This document shows positions 35,940 through 46,561 of a stretch of 64,000 nt of DNA, in pieces. Under the pieces are notes generated by a model, which had not been told where the DNA came from, searched no databases, and worked only from the letters and a program-made list of their open reading frames with translations. Position 1 is the first letter of the stretch, and every line of letters begins with the position of its first letter. The translations under genes and the position numbers were made by a program. The DNA comes from a virus (Duplodnaviria; Caudoviricetes): positions 37,398 to 101,397 of the IMG/VR virus record IMGVR_UViG_2802428822_000002. One strand, 5' to 3'.

Positions 35940-36414
35940 CGGCGGCTCAAATAAACTATCTGACGCGGAGAAGATTCGACGCGGCACGTTTCGACCTGAC
36001 CGATCGGAAGCGGCATACAATGAGCGCGCGGCCGCCAATGTCGTTACCGGCGTATTCCTCTCGGATATCCCGGTTCCAACGTTCCCGCTCAATGAGTTTG
36101 GCAAGAAGACATACGAAAAGTTCGCTCAGCTTCTTCTTGATCAAGGAAAGCTAACGTCGGTCACGGCGGCTCATTGTGAGTCCCTTGGCATGATCGACAT
36201 GCGCATCAATGGGAAAATCACCGCCGGCAAGATCCCGACGGCGGATGACATGAAGCAGCGCACATCAATAATCAGGATGCTCGGAGTTGCAGAAAACGCG
36301 CCAGTCATCGCGGGCGGGACGAAAAACCGGTTCGAAGGCGCAGGATTCAGTAATTCTCGCTCTTCGCCGTATCGACTGCGCCCATATCGAGCCATTGATA
36401 CTGGAAAACTCTGA
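35920..36414 (+). CDS. terS: Terminase small subunit
   Basis: K.RRGTFRPDR N-terminal motif; position immediately before TerL. Confidence 0.8.
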   Translation: MAGNKNSGGSNKLSDAEKIRRGTFRPDRSEAAYNERAAANVVTGVFLSDIPVPTFPLNEFGKKTYEKFAQLLLDQGKLTSVTAAHCESLGMIDMRINGKITAGKIPTADDMKQRTSIIRMLGVAENAPVIAGGTKNRFEGAGFSNSRSSPYRLRPYRAIDTGKL

Positions 36415-38245
36415 GACAGGCGAAGAGGAAGAAGTACCCAACTATCCGGCCATTGGCCACTTCTATGCCGAGTGTGTCGCATCCGGCCGGCTGCCGACGA
36501 ATAAGCTGCTGGTCGCTGCGGCAAAGCGCTACCTCCGAATGCTGGAGATGGCAAAGGATCCGAAGTGCGAATTCTACTATTCGCCGGAGCACGTCGTCGA
36601 CTTCTGCCGGTTTGGTGAGCGCCTTCGACACTTTGAAAGCGGCAACTGGGAAATCAACCAGGTAGACGCAGACGGCAATCCTGATCCGAGCATCATCCTC
36701 GAGCCTTTCGAGATCTGGATCGAATCCGCATGCCAAGGGTTTCGTCGACGGTTGAATGGCACGAGGCTGGTCGAAACGGCTTTCGAGATCATTCCTCGAA
36801 AGAACGCGAAGAGCTTGCGTGCCGCACGTGCTGCGCTCTTCGAATTGTGCTGCTCTGGCACGCTGGGACCGGAAATTCCGATCGCCGCAGCGACGGCAAA
36901 GCAAGCTGACGACACGCTATTCGGCGACATCGTCAAGATGGTCAACAATGACGAGGATCTGCGGGAGCAGTACGGGCTTCGCGTCACAAAGGACGAGATC
37001 ACCCGCGGTGAAGGCAAGATCTTCAAGCTTTCATCGCAGGGCGAACGCCAGGACGGTCTGAACCCGAGCTTGGCGCTCTTCGAAGAAGGTCACGCCGGCG
37101 CTGCAAGCGTCTACAAGGTCGTCGACTCTGCCTTTGGCGCGCGGCCGAACGCACAACGTCGCATGATCACGACGGCGGGTTATCGCGCCGAGGGACCGGC
37201 CTTCGATCTGCTTAAGCAGGCGGAGATGGTGCTGATCGGCGGGATGGAGGATTATACCCTCTTCGCCGCTGTATATACGCTTGATCCGGAGGACTATCAG
37301 AATCCAGAGACAAAGGCGATCGACTGGGAACGTCTTCTCACGCGGCCTGAATTGATCGCCAAGGCAAACCCGATGTACGGGGTCAGCCTTGATCCGGTGA
37401 AGATCAACGCTTCCGTGCTCCAGGCATTCAAGATGCGACCCGACAAGCGGGGCGAGGTGGCGCGAACGAGGTTCAACCTCTGGACCGGCGCCGGCTTAAC
37501 GCTTATCGAGCCAGCCGCTTGGTCGTCTTGCTATCACAAGGGCCTCGATCTTTCGCAGTTCATTGGCATGAAGTGCTGGATCGGCGTCGACCTTGGCCAA
37601 GTGCTCGACATGTGCGCGATCGTACTGTTGTTCGAGTTGCCAAACGACTGTCTCGCGGTCTTCGGCCAATTCTACCTTCCGGAAGCCTCGCCGACGGCGG
37701 AAAATCCGGATCTGATCGATCATTTGGCGCTTTGGGAAGAGCAAGGGTTCTTGTATCTCACGCCTGGTCCCTTGGCTGACCATGATCTCGTCAGAAGTCA
37801 CGTCGAGCAGTTTTGCGAGATGTTCGAGGTGCAGGTGATCGCGTGCGACCCGCATCAGGCTCACAACACGGTAAAGCACCTGTGGGACGGCAATAAGCCC
37901 GTCATGATTTACCCGAACAGCGCGAAGACAATGACGCCGCCGACGGACGATATCATCGGCCGCGTGGCAACACAGCGGATCCTGCATGACAACAATCCGG
38001 TCTTGTCCTGGATGGTTGGCAACACTCATGGCGATCGTTGGCCGAATGGGACGATCTTGCCCCGGAAAGAAAAGAAGGACTCGCCGCGGAAGATTGATGG
38101 CTTCGTGGCGATGTGCTTCGCCAATGGCTGCCGTCTTGATCCGACTGAGGCGAAATCCGCCGGCGAGGCTCAGGGCATCAATACTGATCCCTACTTTCAC
38201 CGCGGCATCATCGGCTTCGACAATCTGGTAGGTGAGAATGGCTGA
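36395..38245 (+). CDS. terL: Terminase large subunit (start uncertain; frame open from 36287)
   Basis: IPRKNAKS, ITTAG, KANP, GVDL, KIDGFVA. Confidence 0.93.
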   Translation: MILENSETGEEEEVPNYPAIGHFYAECVASGRLPTNKLLVAAAKRYLRMLEMAKDPKCEFYYSPEHVVDFCRFGERLRHFESGNWEINQVDADGNPDPSIILEPFEIWIESACQGFRRRLNGTRLVETAFEIIPRKNAKSLRAARAALFELCCSGTLGPEIPIAAATAKQADDTLFGDIVKMVNNDEDLREQYGLRVTKDEITRGEGKIFKLSSQGERQDGLNPSLALFEEGHAGAASVYKVVDSAFGARPNAQRRMITTAGYRAEGPAFDLLKQAEMVLIGGMEDYTLFAAVYTLDPEDYQNPETKAIDWERLLTRPELIAKANPMYGVSLDPVKINASVLQAFKMRPDKRGEVARTRFNLWTGAGLTLIEPAAWSSCYHKGLDLSQFIGMKCWIGVDLGQVLDMCAIVLLFELPNDCLAVFGQFYLPEASPTAENPDLIDHLALWEEQGFLYLTPGPLADHDLVRSHVEQFCEMFEVQVIACDPHQAHNTVKHLWDGNKPVMIYPNSAKTMTPPTDDIIGRVATQRILHDNNPVLSWMVGNTHGDRWPNGTILPRKEKKDSPRKIDGFVAMCFANGCRLDPTEAKSAGEAQGINTDPYFHRGIIGFDNLVGENG

Positions 38246-39608
38246 AGATCTGATCGTCCAGAAAGATGTCGAGGGCGGCCACCAACTGGAGATGTTCGAA
38301 AAGAGCCATGGCGAAGAAATGACCATGACTCAGTTCGCGCAGTGGGTGGAAAGCAACCTTGCTGGCACTGGTGTTGTTGGCGCGCTGCAGATCGGCGCGC
38401 TGATGCTTTGCTGCGACGTCATCGCCCAGGACATTTCGAAGGCGACTTTCCGTTATCGTCAGCTGCTTGAGAACGGCACGTCGAAGATTGTCGATCCGCG
38501 CAAGAACGACATGGCGGCATTCCTGAAATTGGAACCGAACCGTCGTCATACCTGGCGAAATTTCATCGAGATGATGGTCTATTGGTCGTGCTTGACCGAT
38601 AACGCCTACGCCGGCGTGATCCGCGCGAACGATGACACAGTCCTGGAATTGATCCCGTTCCAGACGGGCAGGGTGCAGGAGAAGATCTTTGGCCGTGACG
38701 TCTACTACGAAGTCACGGCATCAACGATGCAGGAACAGGCCCTTCTTGGATCCTCGTTCCGGGTGTTTGCTGAACGTGACATGATCCACGTGCGCACGCG
38801 CATGCTCGACGGGATGGACGGCTACTCAACGCTAACAGCTGGCCGTAAGACACTGGAGATCATGAACAATCTTTCGGACTACCGAAAGAACCTATTCGGC
38901 GAAGAAGGCCAGATGCGCGGTGTCTTTACGCGCGACAACCTTGAACCGATCCCTGAGGAGATCTTCCAGCGGCTAAGGCAGCAGTTCAAGATCCTGATGA
39001 ACAAGTTCCGTACTTTGACGGAACCGATTGTTCTGGAAGGTGGAGTGAAGTTCAACACTATCTCCTCGAATCCGAAGGAGATGGAACTAGCAGCTCAGTT
39101 CGAGGCGCAGATTAATGAGGTATGCCGGCTGTTCCGCATGCCGCCTCACAAGATCTTCCTGCTTTCAGGCTCGAAATATGAGAATCTTGAAACGCAAGAG
39201 AAGATGTACGTCGGCGACACGCTGATCCCGCGCGCCGAGGCATTCGAGGAGCAGTTCGCAAAGACGCTTCTATCTCGCAAGGACCGTCTCGGCTTCTTTT
39301 ACGAATTCGATCGCAATGAGATGACGCTCCGCGACACCAAAGCGGAGACGGAACGCACAATCAAGGCGCTGGAACGCGGTGCAATTACCCGAGACGAAGC
39401 AAGGGCTGTGTTCGGATACAACCCGTTGCCGGGCGAGGCGGGGCAGACTTTCCTCATCCCGGTCAACATGGCTGTTGTCAACGACAAGAACGAGGTTCTC
39501 ATCGGAGGCGCATCAACGCCGACCGATGATTCAAAGACTGAAGATCCCGAACAGGAAACAGAAGAGACGCCGGCTGAGAAGGCTGTTGCTCTCCGTATCG
39601 TGAAATAG
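38238..39608 (+). CDS. HK97-family portal protein
   Basis: L..EPN, MIHVR, VLEGGVKF, VCRLFRMPP, T.DEAR...YNPLPG. Confidence 0.92.
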   Translation: MAEDLIVQKDVEGGHQLEMFEKSHGEEMTMTQFAQWVESNLAGTGVVGALQIGALMLCCDVIAQDISKATFRYRQLLENGTSKIVDPRKNDMAAFLKLEPNRRHTWRNFIEMMVYWSCLTDNAYAGVIRANDDTVLELIPFQTGRVQEKIFGRDVYYEVTASTMQEQALLGSSFRVFAERDMIHVRTRMLDGMDGYSTLTAGRKTLEIMNNLSDYRKNLFGEEGQMRGVFTRDNLEPIPEEIFQRLRQQFKILMNKFRTLTEPIVLEGGVKFNTISSNPKEMELAAQFEAQINEVCRLFRMPPHKIFLLSGSKYENLETQEKMYVGDTLIPRAEAFEEQFAKTLLSRKDRLGFFYEFDRNEMTLRDTKAETERTIKALERGAITRDEARAVFGYNPLPGEAGQTFLIPVNMAVVNDKNEVLIGGASTPTDDSKTEDPEQETEETPAEKAVALRIVK

Positions 39609-39614
39609 GAGGCG

Positions 39615-41000
39615 ATGATGCCGGTATTAAAGCGCGTTTCAGCCGATGAGGCACACGCCAAGGCTACTGAAAAGCGTAAGGACATTCTGCGCGATACCGC
39701 GGCCGGTGTGTCCATCATGAAGGCTGCAAAGGCTCCCGCGAGCTGGAATGAAGAGCAGCGTTCTGCACGCTTCGTCATGACAACCCAACAGATCGATCGC
39801 TATGGCGACATCGTTGTCACCGCCGGCGGCGACTTGACGGAATTCCTTCGAAATCCGGTCGGACTTTTGTTTCACAATTCCAGGTCCTGGCCCGTCGCCA
39901 GTTGGGCCAATGTCGAAGTTCTCAGCCGGACACGGCCGCCGCGGATGGAGGGTGATTTTGCACTTCTTCCCGAGGGTGGCCCGGTCAAGGAAGTCGACGA
40001 ATGCGCATGGATGATCGCCAACGGCGGGATCCGAGCATGCTCCATCGGCTTCATTCCGGACTGGGATGATATAGAGCTTATCTACGACGACGATGAAGGT
40101 TGGTTGACCGGGTTTCAGTTCAATAAGTGGGAGCTCACCGAGTGCTCTGTCTGCGCGGTTCCGGCAAACGCCGGCGCGCTCATCAAGTCCGCACATGGCG
40201 ACATGAATCTCGCCAAGGAACTGCTCGAGGACGTTCTCGATAACTGGGTCAAGACACCCGAGGGTCTTCTTCTCTCTCGCGCTGATTTCGAAGCGACCCA
40301 CAAAGACATCACCGCCGATCGCACCCACTTCATCGTCAACAAGGATCTTGCGCCGACGGTCGGCAAGTTCATCGAACGAGATAAGGCGACTGTTTCCGCC
40401 GAAACTGAAGACGAAGCGCGAGAATATGTCGGTGCCTGGGTTGTTCTTGATCCGGCTCATCCTGAGAATAAGGATTATCCGTTCGACGTCCTCGCTCGCT
40501 CGCGTGGCGAAGTCATCGCCAGCTTCATCGTCGATGACGGGCCGAAGAAGGGCGTACACGGGCTGGCAGTTGAATTTCTGACTGACGATTGGTCCGGAAT
40601 GTTCCGCGGAATCGAGGCATCTCGCTTCCTGCTTGCCAAGAAGAAGATTGAAGATGCCGACGTACAGGATGAGCAGTCGGAGAAAGACATCAATACGGTC
40701 GAACTTACCGTCGATGTCGATACGTCTTCGATCGAAAAGGCAACTGAAGCCACCGGCAATCTGGAGACAACAATCGATCGCGTCGAAAAGCGCCTTGATG
40801 GTTTGATGCTCAAGATTTCAAAGTTCTTCGGCGCTGATCGACACAAGGACGTCGAAACCGTCTTGGCCCGTGTCGAGCCGGAGATGGAGGTCGAACAAGA
40901 GGTCAAATCCCCACCGACTGAAGAAGACATTGAGTCCGCCAGAGCGAAAGCTGCCGCGGTTCGCGAACGTCTGATCCAGAAAGGAATGATCGCGGCCTAA
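39615..41000 (+). CDS. HK97-type prohead protease with a long C-terminal extension
   Basis: DRYGDIV, NPVGLLFH, SIGFIP, ELTECSVCAVPANAGA. Confidence 0.9.
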   Translation: MMPVLKRVSADEAHAKATEKRKDILRDTAAGVSIMKAAKAPASWNEEQRSARFVMTTQQIDRYGDIVVTAGGDLTEFLRNPVGLLFHNSRSWPVASWANVEVLSRTRPPRMEGDFALLPEGGPVKEVDECAWMIANGGIRACSIGFIPDWDDIELIYDDDEGWLTGFQFNKWELTECSVCAVPANAGALIKSAHGDMNLAKELLEDVLDNWVKTPEGLLLSRADFEATHKDITADRTHFIVNKDLAPTVGKFIERDKATVSAETEDEAREYVGAWVVLDPAHPENKDYPFDVLARSRGEVIASFIVDDGPKKGVHGLAVEFLTDDWSGMFRGIEASRFLLAKKKIEDADVQDEQSEKDINTVELTVDVDTSSIEKATEATGNLETTIDRVEKRLDGLMLKISKFFGADRHKDVETVLARVEPEMEVEQEVKSPPTEEDIESARAKAAAVRERLIQKGMIAA

Positions 41001-41047
41001 ACACCGCGTCACAGAGATCCCTACCGGGCACACCGAAGGGACCAACA

Positions 41048-41071
41048 GGCTGCCGAAAGGCGGCCTTTTTT
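41048..41071 (+). terminator. Rho-independent terminator-like hairpin before the capsid gene
   Basis: GGCTGCC-GAAA-GGCGGCC followed by TTTTTT. Confidence 0.7.
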
Positions 41072-41094
41072 ATTGCCAACCAGGAGAACATTCC

Positions 41095-42411
41095 ATGAAT
41101 CTGGCACAGCTTCGCGCCCGGCTGAAAGAACTCGCGGGCGAAATCGATGTCCTTACCAAGAAGGACACCATCTCCGCCGAAGATCTCACGCAGATCGACG
41201 CAAAGACCAAGGAACTGGAGGAGGTCGAGAAGAATATCGAAATCCTCCAGCGCGCCGACGCCGCACGCGTTCGATCTGCCGCTCCGGCTGATGCGCATAT
41301 CACCGAGCGCACGACCGTTCCGGCCGCTGTCACGCAGAAGATGACCACTGCCGAAAAGATCGGCACGATGGTCTTCTGCATGGCGAAGACCTACAAGGAC
41401 GATGGTGCCCGCGGCGCCAAGGCAACGTTCAAGGCAATGGAAGAAGTTGGCTATGGCGAAGTCGCCAAGGAGTTTGCCGGCGCACAGGCTCGTGCCCTGA
41501 ACTCCGGATCTGCGTCTGCCGGCGGCGTTCTGCTTCCGGAAGAAATGTCGTCCGAAATCATCGACATTCTCCGTCCGTCGACGACCTTCCTCCGCGGTGG
41601 TCCGCGCCGCATCTCGCTTGCGGCCGGCGCTTATAAGCTCTCCGCAGCTGCTTCCGGCGCAACGGCGAACTGGCGCGGTGAAGGCGAGGCGATCGAGACC
41701 AGCCAGCCTACCTTCAAGGACATCAACCTGACGGCCAAGTTCCTGGACGCCATGGTTCCTCTGACCAACCAGCTCATTCGTTGGTCGCTCGCCGATGTCC
41801 GCCAGTGGGTCGAGCGAGACATGTCGCTCGAGATGGGCACCAAGCTCGACTACGCCGCTTACTTCGGTTCCGGTACTGCGCACATGCCGCTCGGTATCAC
41901 CAAGATCCCGGGCGTCTTCAGCGTTGCAGCGCAGGGTGGTCTGACGCCGACAATCGCTCAGATCGAAACTGCGGCTCGTGCAGCTGAACTCGCCATGGAA
42001 GGCAAAAACCTTCCGATGATGAGCACTGCCTGGGTCATGGCGCCGCGCAGCCGCACCTACCTCGCGGACCTTCGCGACGGCAACGGCAACCGGTACTTCC
42101 CGGAATTGCAGGGTGATAATCCGCGCTGGCGCGGTCGCCCGGTTCTGTCCACGACGCAGGTTAGCATTGTGGGCGGCGGCACGACGGACGAGTCTTCGAT
42201 CATGCTCGTCAACTTCGACGACGTTCTCTACGGCGAAGGCGCCGGCATCAGCTTCGGTGTCTCCACCGAAGCGACGTATGTCAAGAACGGCGTCACCGTC
42301 TCGGCATTCCAGAATGACCTCACGCTGATCAAGGCCTCGCTCGAGGCTGACGTCGACATGCGGTATCTGGAAGCCGTCTCCGTCATCTCGGGAGTTCGTT
42401 GGGGTGCGTAA
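41095..42411 (+). CDS. Major capsid protein (HK97 fold, N-terminal delta domain)
   Basis: Coiled-coil N-terminus, GGVLLPEE, GSG...PLGI, L.DGNG.Y. Confidence 0.95.
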   Translation: MNLAQLRARLKELAGEIDVLTKKDTISAEDLTQIDAKTKELEEVEKNIEILQRADAARVRSAAPADAHITERTTVPAAVTQKMTTAEKIGTMVFCMAKTYKDDGARGAKATFKAMEEVGYGEVAKEFAGAQARALNSGSASAGGVLLPEEMSSEIIDILRPSTTFLRGGPRRISLAAGAYKLSAAASGATANWRGEGEAIETSQPTFKDINLTAKFLDAMVPLTNQLIRWSLADVRQWVERDMSLEMGTKLDYAAYFGSGTAHMPLGITKIPGVFSVAAQGGLTPTIAQIETAARAAELAMEGKNLPMMSTAWVMAPRSRTYLADLRDGNGNRYFPELQGDNPRWRGRPVLSTTQVSIVGGGTTDESSIMLVNFDDVLYGEGAGISFGVSTEATYVKNGVTVSAFQNDLTLIKASLEADVDMRYLEAVSVISGVRWGA

Positions 42412-42446
42412 GCGCTCCTTCTGACTTTCCATTGAAGGAGTAAACG

Positions 42447-42833
42447 ATGAAGGTCGTGAAGAAGACGGGGCTGGTTCCGGTTCATACGAAGATCGACAAG
42501 ACTGTTTTCGGCGTAGCGCCGGCCGTCGCTGTGAAGGGTGTCAAGCAGGGCACCCTTTTCCTGGTCGACATTCCGGAAGGTGTTGAAACCGTCGAGTTCG
42601 ATGTCCCGGCCGCTCCAAAGGCCGAACAGCCCGCGGACGTCGATGGCGTTGTCCAGATCCCCGCGGATTGGGAAACTCTCCACTACGCAAAGATCATTGT
42701 CCTCGCCAAGAATCTCCTCGGCGCGGATCTCCCGGAAATTGAGGAAAAGAAGCCGGCTGAAGTCGCCCGCGACATCATCCGCGAAGAGTTGAGCCGCCGG
42801 GCCGCCGGCAATTCCGAAAATGAGGCTGAATAA
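42447..42833 (+). CDS. Hypothetical head-region protein
   Basis: SD AAGGAG; position. Confidence 0.65.
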   Translation: MKVVKKTGLVPVHTKIDKTVFGVAPAVAVKGVKQGTLFLVDIPEGVETVEFDVPAAPKAEQPADVDGVVQIPADWETLHYAKIIVLAKNLLGADLPEIEEKKPAEVARDIIREELSRRAAGNSENEAE

Positions 42834-42860
42834 GCCACTATCTCATGAAGGAGAATACCC

Positions 42861-43367
42861 ATGAGGGATAAGTTTCTGAACGGCGGCGCTTTTGCACGTT
42901 CCGCCCGTGGTTCTGGCAACAACACCGCAACGGCCGGTGGCGCCGGTGACGCAACCGAGGTCAATGGTGCATACCAGTCGCGCATGAGCGACAATGGGAT
43001 CGCCCTGTCGGCGAAACTGATTGTCAGTTTCACGGCAACTCTGGCTGCTGGTGCAACTCTGACCTTCGCCGGCAATTTCCAGGACGCTCTTACGAGCGGT
43101 GGTTCCGGTGTCGCTGACTTCGGCGATGCTGTCGCCGCGACTGTCGTTGCAACTGGTGGCGCGGGTGGATCGACGGAAACTGGGACGTTCGAGATCGACG
43201 TCGATCTCTCCGGCGCCCGCGAATACATCCGTGCTCAGATCACTCCGAACCTCTCGGCCGGCGCAACTGACACCTGCGCCTGGCATATGGATTACGTATT
43301 CTTCGGCGATCATCGTCAGCCGATCACGAAGTCCGCCGTCAATATCGGTTCCGCAGACGACATCTGA
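42861..43367 (+). CDS. Putative capsid decoration protein
   Basis: Ala/Gly/Thr-rich; REYIRAQIT motif; strong SD. Confidence 0.6.
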   Translation: MRDKFLNGGAFARSARGSGNNTATAGGAGDATEVNGAYQSRMSDNGIALSAKLIVSFTATLAAGATLTFAGNFQDALTSGGSGVADFGDAVAATVVATGGAGGSTETGTFEIDVDLSGAREYIRAQITPNLSAGATDTCAWHMDYVFFGDHRQPITKSAVNIGSADDI

Positions 43368-43545
43368 TCGTGAAAAGCCATCGGAAGGGCGGATCAATCC
43401 GCCCTTCAACATCTAGGAGGTGGCAATGGCTCCTGAAAAGACTCCAAACACGCCAAAGCCTGTTCAGCCGGTCAAGGATATTCCGCGGCTAACGCGGGAT
43501 ATGGTCGCTGGCCGCCGCAATGGTTCGTACACCACTCGGTGACCT

Positions 43546-44169
43546 ATGCTTGATATCGAAATAGTCACTCCTCCGTCGCAGACTGCGCTCGACGTTGTCT
43601 CCGTTGCTGAGTTTGCTCGTCATCTTCACCTTTCCGCGACGTTGCGCAATAACGCCGATTGGATTGCGAACATGACTGACGTTCTCAAAGAGGCGTTGGA
43701 CAAAATTCATGGTCTTAGCGGTGAATTGAACCGCATGGTGCTTCCTTGCACCATAAAACGGTATTTGACGTCATTCCCGAAAGACGGATGCCCAATCTAC
43801 CTTCCGTATCCCGATCTGATCTCACTTGATGCGATAACGATCGAAGATGGGTCTAGCCCTGCGAATAATCTCGATCCAGCCTCTTACATCAAAACCAATA
43901 CCCTGGTTCCGGAGATCTATGCCGTCGGTTCATGGCCGACCGTTGTGGCTGCGCCTCGCGCAGTATCAGTGACCTACAAAGCCGGTTACGAGACATATCC
44001 GTTCAACATCAAGCGCTACGTCAAAATCCTTGCAGCGCACATGATGGAAAATCCGGAAGCGACCATCCTCGAGCCCAGGCAAATGCAAATCAACCGCAAG
44101 GTTGAGTTCGGCGTCGAAAGTCTTCGCGCCGCGCTTCGTATTCCCGTCTCTTATGACGACTGGGTCTGA
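43546..44169 (+). CDS. Head-tail connector/adaptor
   Basis: VSVAEFARHL...V.VTYKAGY..P..IK..V..LAAH..ENPEA. Confidence 0.85.
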   Translation: MLDIEIVTPPSQTALDVVSVAEFARHLHLSATLRNNADWIANMTDVLKEALDKIHGLSGELNRMVLPCTIKRYLTSFPKDGCPIYLPYPDLISLDAITIEDGSSPANNLDPASYIKTNTLVPEIYAVGSWPTVVAAPRAVSVTYKAGYETYPFNIKRYVKILAAHMMENPEATILEPRQMQINRKVEFGVESLRAALRIPVSYDDWV

Positions 44170-44178
44170 AAGGAAAAA

Positions 44179-45489
44179 TTGATGGCGCCGCGTACGGATA
44201 AGACTGTTCTCGAAGCGTGGGCAAGGCGTATCGGTGAACTGGTCCGAGAAGGTTATGCATCGCCTGGTGCGCATGTTGCAGCCGGCGAGATCAACGCCAC
44301 TACGGCCTTGGCTCGAGAACTTGGCGTGCACGTGTCGACGCTGCAAAAGCACGTGATAACGATGAAAAAGGAAGGTCTTTCGATCATCTGGGGTGGAAAT
44401 TCCGCGAGCACCAAATCGCCACCCCAACCGGAGTTAACGCGATCCGAGGCATATGACGCCGACTTCTGGCGCAAGAAGTACAATTCGCTCGCCAAGGAGC
44501 TCGGCGAAACGGAGCATCTTGTCTCTGAACTTTCCGGCATCCGTGGAATTCCGTTCACTATCCCTGACTGGATAATGGACACACGAACTGGGAAGCGCGG
44601 CAATTCAGTTGTCGGCTGCCTCCTTTCCGATATCCACATGGGTGAAGTGATCTCGGCCGAAGAGATCCTTGGCATCAATGCCTTCAACCCAGGTATCTGT
44701 CGCGATCGCCTTCGGCGGTATTTTTCGGCCGTGTGCACAATCGGCCAGAGATGGGCATCAGATACTGATTGCGAAGGTGTTTTGCTGGCGCTTGCCGGTG
44801 ATCTTATCAGTGGCGATATTCACGAAGAGCTTCGCATCACAAATGCCCTAACGTCACACGAGCAATGCCTTGCCGTTGCCGAGGAAGTATCTTCCGGCAT
44901 TCGTCACCTTGTGGAGACATTCGGCCGCGTTCATGTCGTTGTGGTGCCTGGCAATCACGGTCGGACCACACATAAGCCGACGGCCAAGCTCTATTCCAGA
45001 CTTTCCTATGATACGCTGATCGGCGCCATGATCGCGCAGCGTTTCGAAGTGGACGCGAGGGTGACTTTTCAGCAATCCGCTGCCAAGGACCAGATCACGC
45101 CAATATTCGGGCGATCTGTCTTCGTCACGCATGGCGATAAAATTGGAACGAGGGGTGGAATGGGCTTTGCTGGCCCAATGCTTCCGATCGTTCGAGGCTC
45201 GAAGAAAATCGATGCCCAGCAGTCTGGCATCGGCCGTAAACCGGATCTTATCCAGTTCGGGCATTACCACACGACCGGAAACCCGGGGATGGTCTTAGCC
45301 AACGGTTCAGTCCCTGGATATTCGGAATACGCGGACGATCTTCGCGCCGTCGTGGAACCTCCACAGCAGTGGGCCTATTTGCTTCACTCGAAATGGTGGC
45401 TCCGGGAACGGATGCCTATCCAACTTGAAGAGCCTCGCACGCCAGAAAAACCGCGCGTCGTCGTTCCCGCTGGATGGCAAGTTACATGA
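44179..45489 (+). CDS. Calcineurin-like metallophosphoesterase with an N-terminal HTH
   Basis: SDIHMG, GDLISG, GNHGR, THGD, GHYHT. Confidence 0.88.
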   Translation: MMAPRTDKTVLEAWARRIGELVREGYASPGAHVAAGEINATTALARELGVHVSTLQKHVITMKKEGLSIIWGGNSASTKSPPQPELTRSEAYDADFWRKKYNSLAKELGETEHLVSELSGIRGIPFTIPDWIMDTRTGKRGNSVVGCLLSDIHMGEVISAEEILGINAFNPGICRDRLRRYFSAVCTIGQRWASDTDCEGVLLALAGDLISGDIHEELRITNALTSHEQCLAVAEEVSSGIRHLVETFGRVHVVVVPGNHGRTTHKPTAKLYSRLSYDTLIGAMIAQRFEVDARVTFQQSAAKDQITPIFGRSVFVTHGDKIGTRGGMGFAGPMLPIVRGSKKIDAQQSGIGRKPDLIQFGHYHTTGNPGMVLANGSVPGYSEYADDLRAVVEPPQQWAYLLHSKWWLRERMPIQLEEPRTPEKPRVVVPAGWQVT

Positions 45490-45917
45490 CTGCGGAAACC
45501 ACAGGGAATCCGAAACAAGCAAACGGCGAAAAGAAGCCGCCGCTCGCATACGTACCCATGGTCGCCAATCTGGCGATGCTCGAGGCGCTCTATGACGGCG
45601 CCTTGAAATATGAGCCGCATAACTGGCGAGACCATCCGGTCAAGGCCATGACCTATGTGCACGCCGCGGAGCGGCATTTGAAGCTGTTCTCTGTCGGTGA
45701 GGAACTGACGAGAGACACGCTCGTGAAGAACCTCGGCGCCGTGATGGCCTCCTGCGCAATTCTTCTGGATGCGCATGCGCACGACACCTTGATAGATGAC
45801 CGTCGACACAGCCAGGTGGATGCTGACGCGCTCTACGCTGCTGAAGCTTGGGTCAACCGTCTGCAACAAAAGCAGCGAGAACGAGAACAGGCGGCCGCGA
45901 AGAGCGCCGACACCTGA
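45486..45917 (+). CDS. dATP/dGTP diphosphohydrolase-like protein (DUF5664)
   Basis: NPKQ..G..K.PL..VP, GALKYEPHNWR, Y..AAERHL. Confidence 0.82.
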   Translation: MTAETTGNPKQANGEKKPPLAYVPMVANLAMLEALYDGALKYEPHNWRDHPVKAMTYVHAAERHLKLFSVGEELTRDTLVKNLGAVMASCAILLDAHAHDTLIDDRRHSQVDADALYAAEAWVNRLQQKQREREQAAAKSADT

Positions 45918-45928
45918 AGGAATGATCC

Positions 45929-46561
45929 ATGCGCATCGGCGGCCAATGGAATCTGATGACGGTTCAACGCCGCGTTCAGATCGGAACGACTGCTGCCAAT
46001 GAGCCGAACTTCGTCTGGCAGAATTGGCGGCCTGACATCTTCTGCGAAGTTACCGTCAAGCGCGGCAAAGAGCAGTTCGATCCGGTCGGAAAGAAGCGCT
46101 ATTCGGAGGATGTTTGGCAGTTCCGCACTCGCTACGACGAGGTTAGGGGTCTCGACGCAACGATGAAGATCGTTCACGAGGGCAACACTTATGACATCAA
46201 GGCGATCTTGCCCGATGGGCAGAAGCAGTGGGATTGCGTGATCGAAGCCGTTCTCCAGGACGGAGCGTTGGGTGGCAAGGCTCTCATCGTAGCGATCACT
46301 GACTTCATCGAGTTAGGAATTGTTGGTGAAGCCTTCCCTGCGTTGCAGATAAACGCCTCGGGAGGAACTTCTCCATATTCCTTCACCGCCGAAAGCGGAA
46401 TGATGGTTCCAGGGCTTTCAATCAACGCCGGTACAGGTTCGATCACAGGTACTCCGACGAACGCCGGCACCTTTCCAGTGTCGATCGAAGTCGTTGACGC
46501 GGCTGGAGCGCGCGAGACGCTCCCGACATTCGATATCACGGTGGAAGAGGCTGATCCGTAA
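45929..46561 (+). CDS. Head-closure protein fused to an Ig-like domain
   Basis: MRIG...TYDIKAILPD followed by ASGGTSPYSF..PGLSIN..TGSITGTPT. Confidence 0.82.
   Translation: MRIGGQWNLMTVQRRVQIGTTAANEPNFVWQNWRPDIFCEVTVKRGKEQFDPVGKKRYSEDVWQFRTRYDEVRGLDATMKIVHEGNTYDIKAILPDGQKQWDCVIEAVLQDGALGGKALIVAITDFIELGIVGEAFPALQINASGGTSPYSFTAESGMMVPGLSINAGTGSITGTPTNAGTFPVSIEVVDAAGARETLPTFDITVEEADP

Noticed and set aside
40903-42432. 509 aa minus-strand ORF, and similar long antisense ORFs at 9328-10209 and 39639-40559
   Set aside because: Antisense shadows of codon-biased genes (capsid, DUF3150-like, protease).
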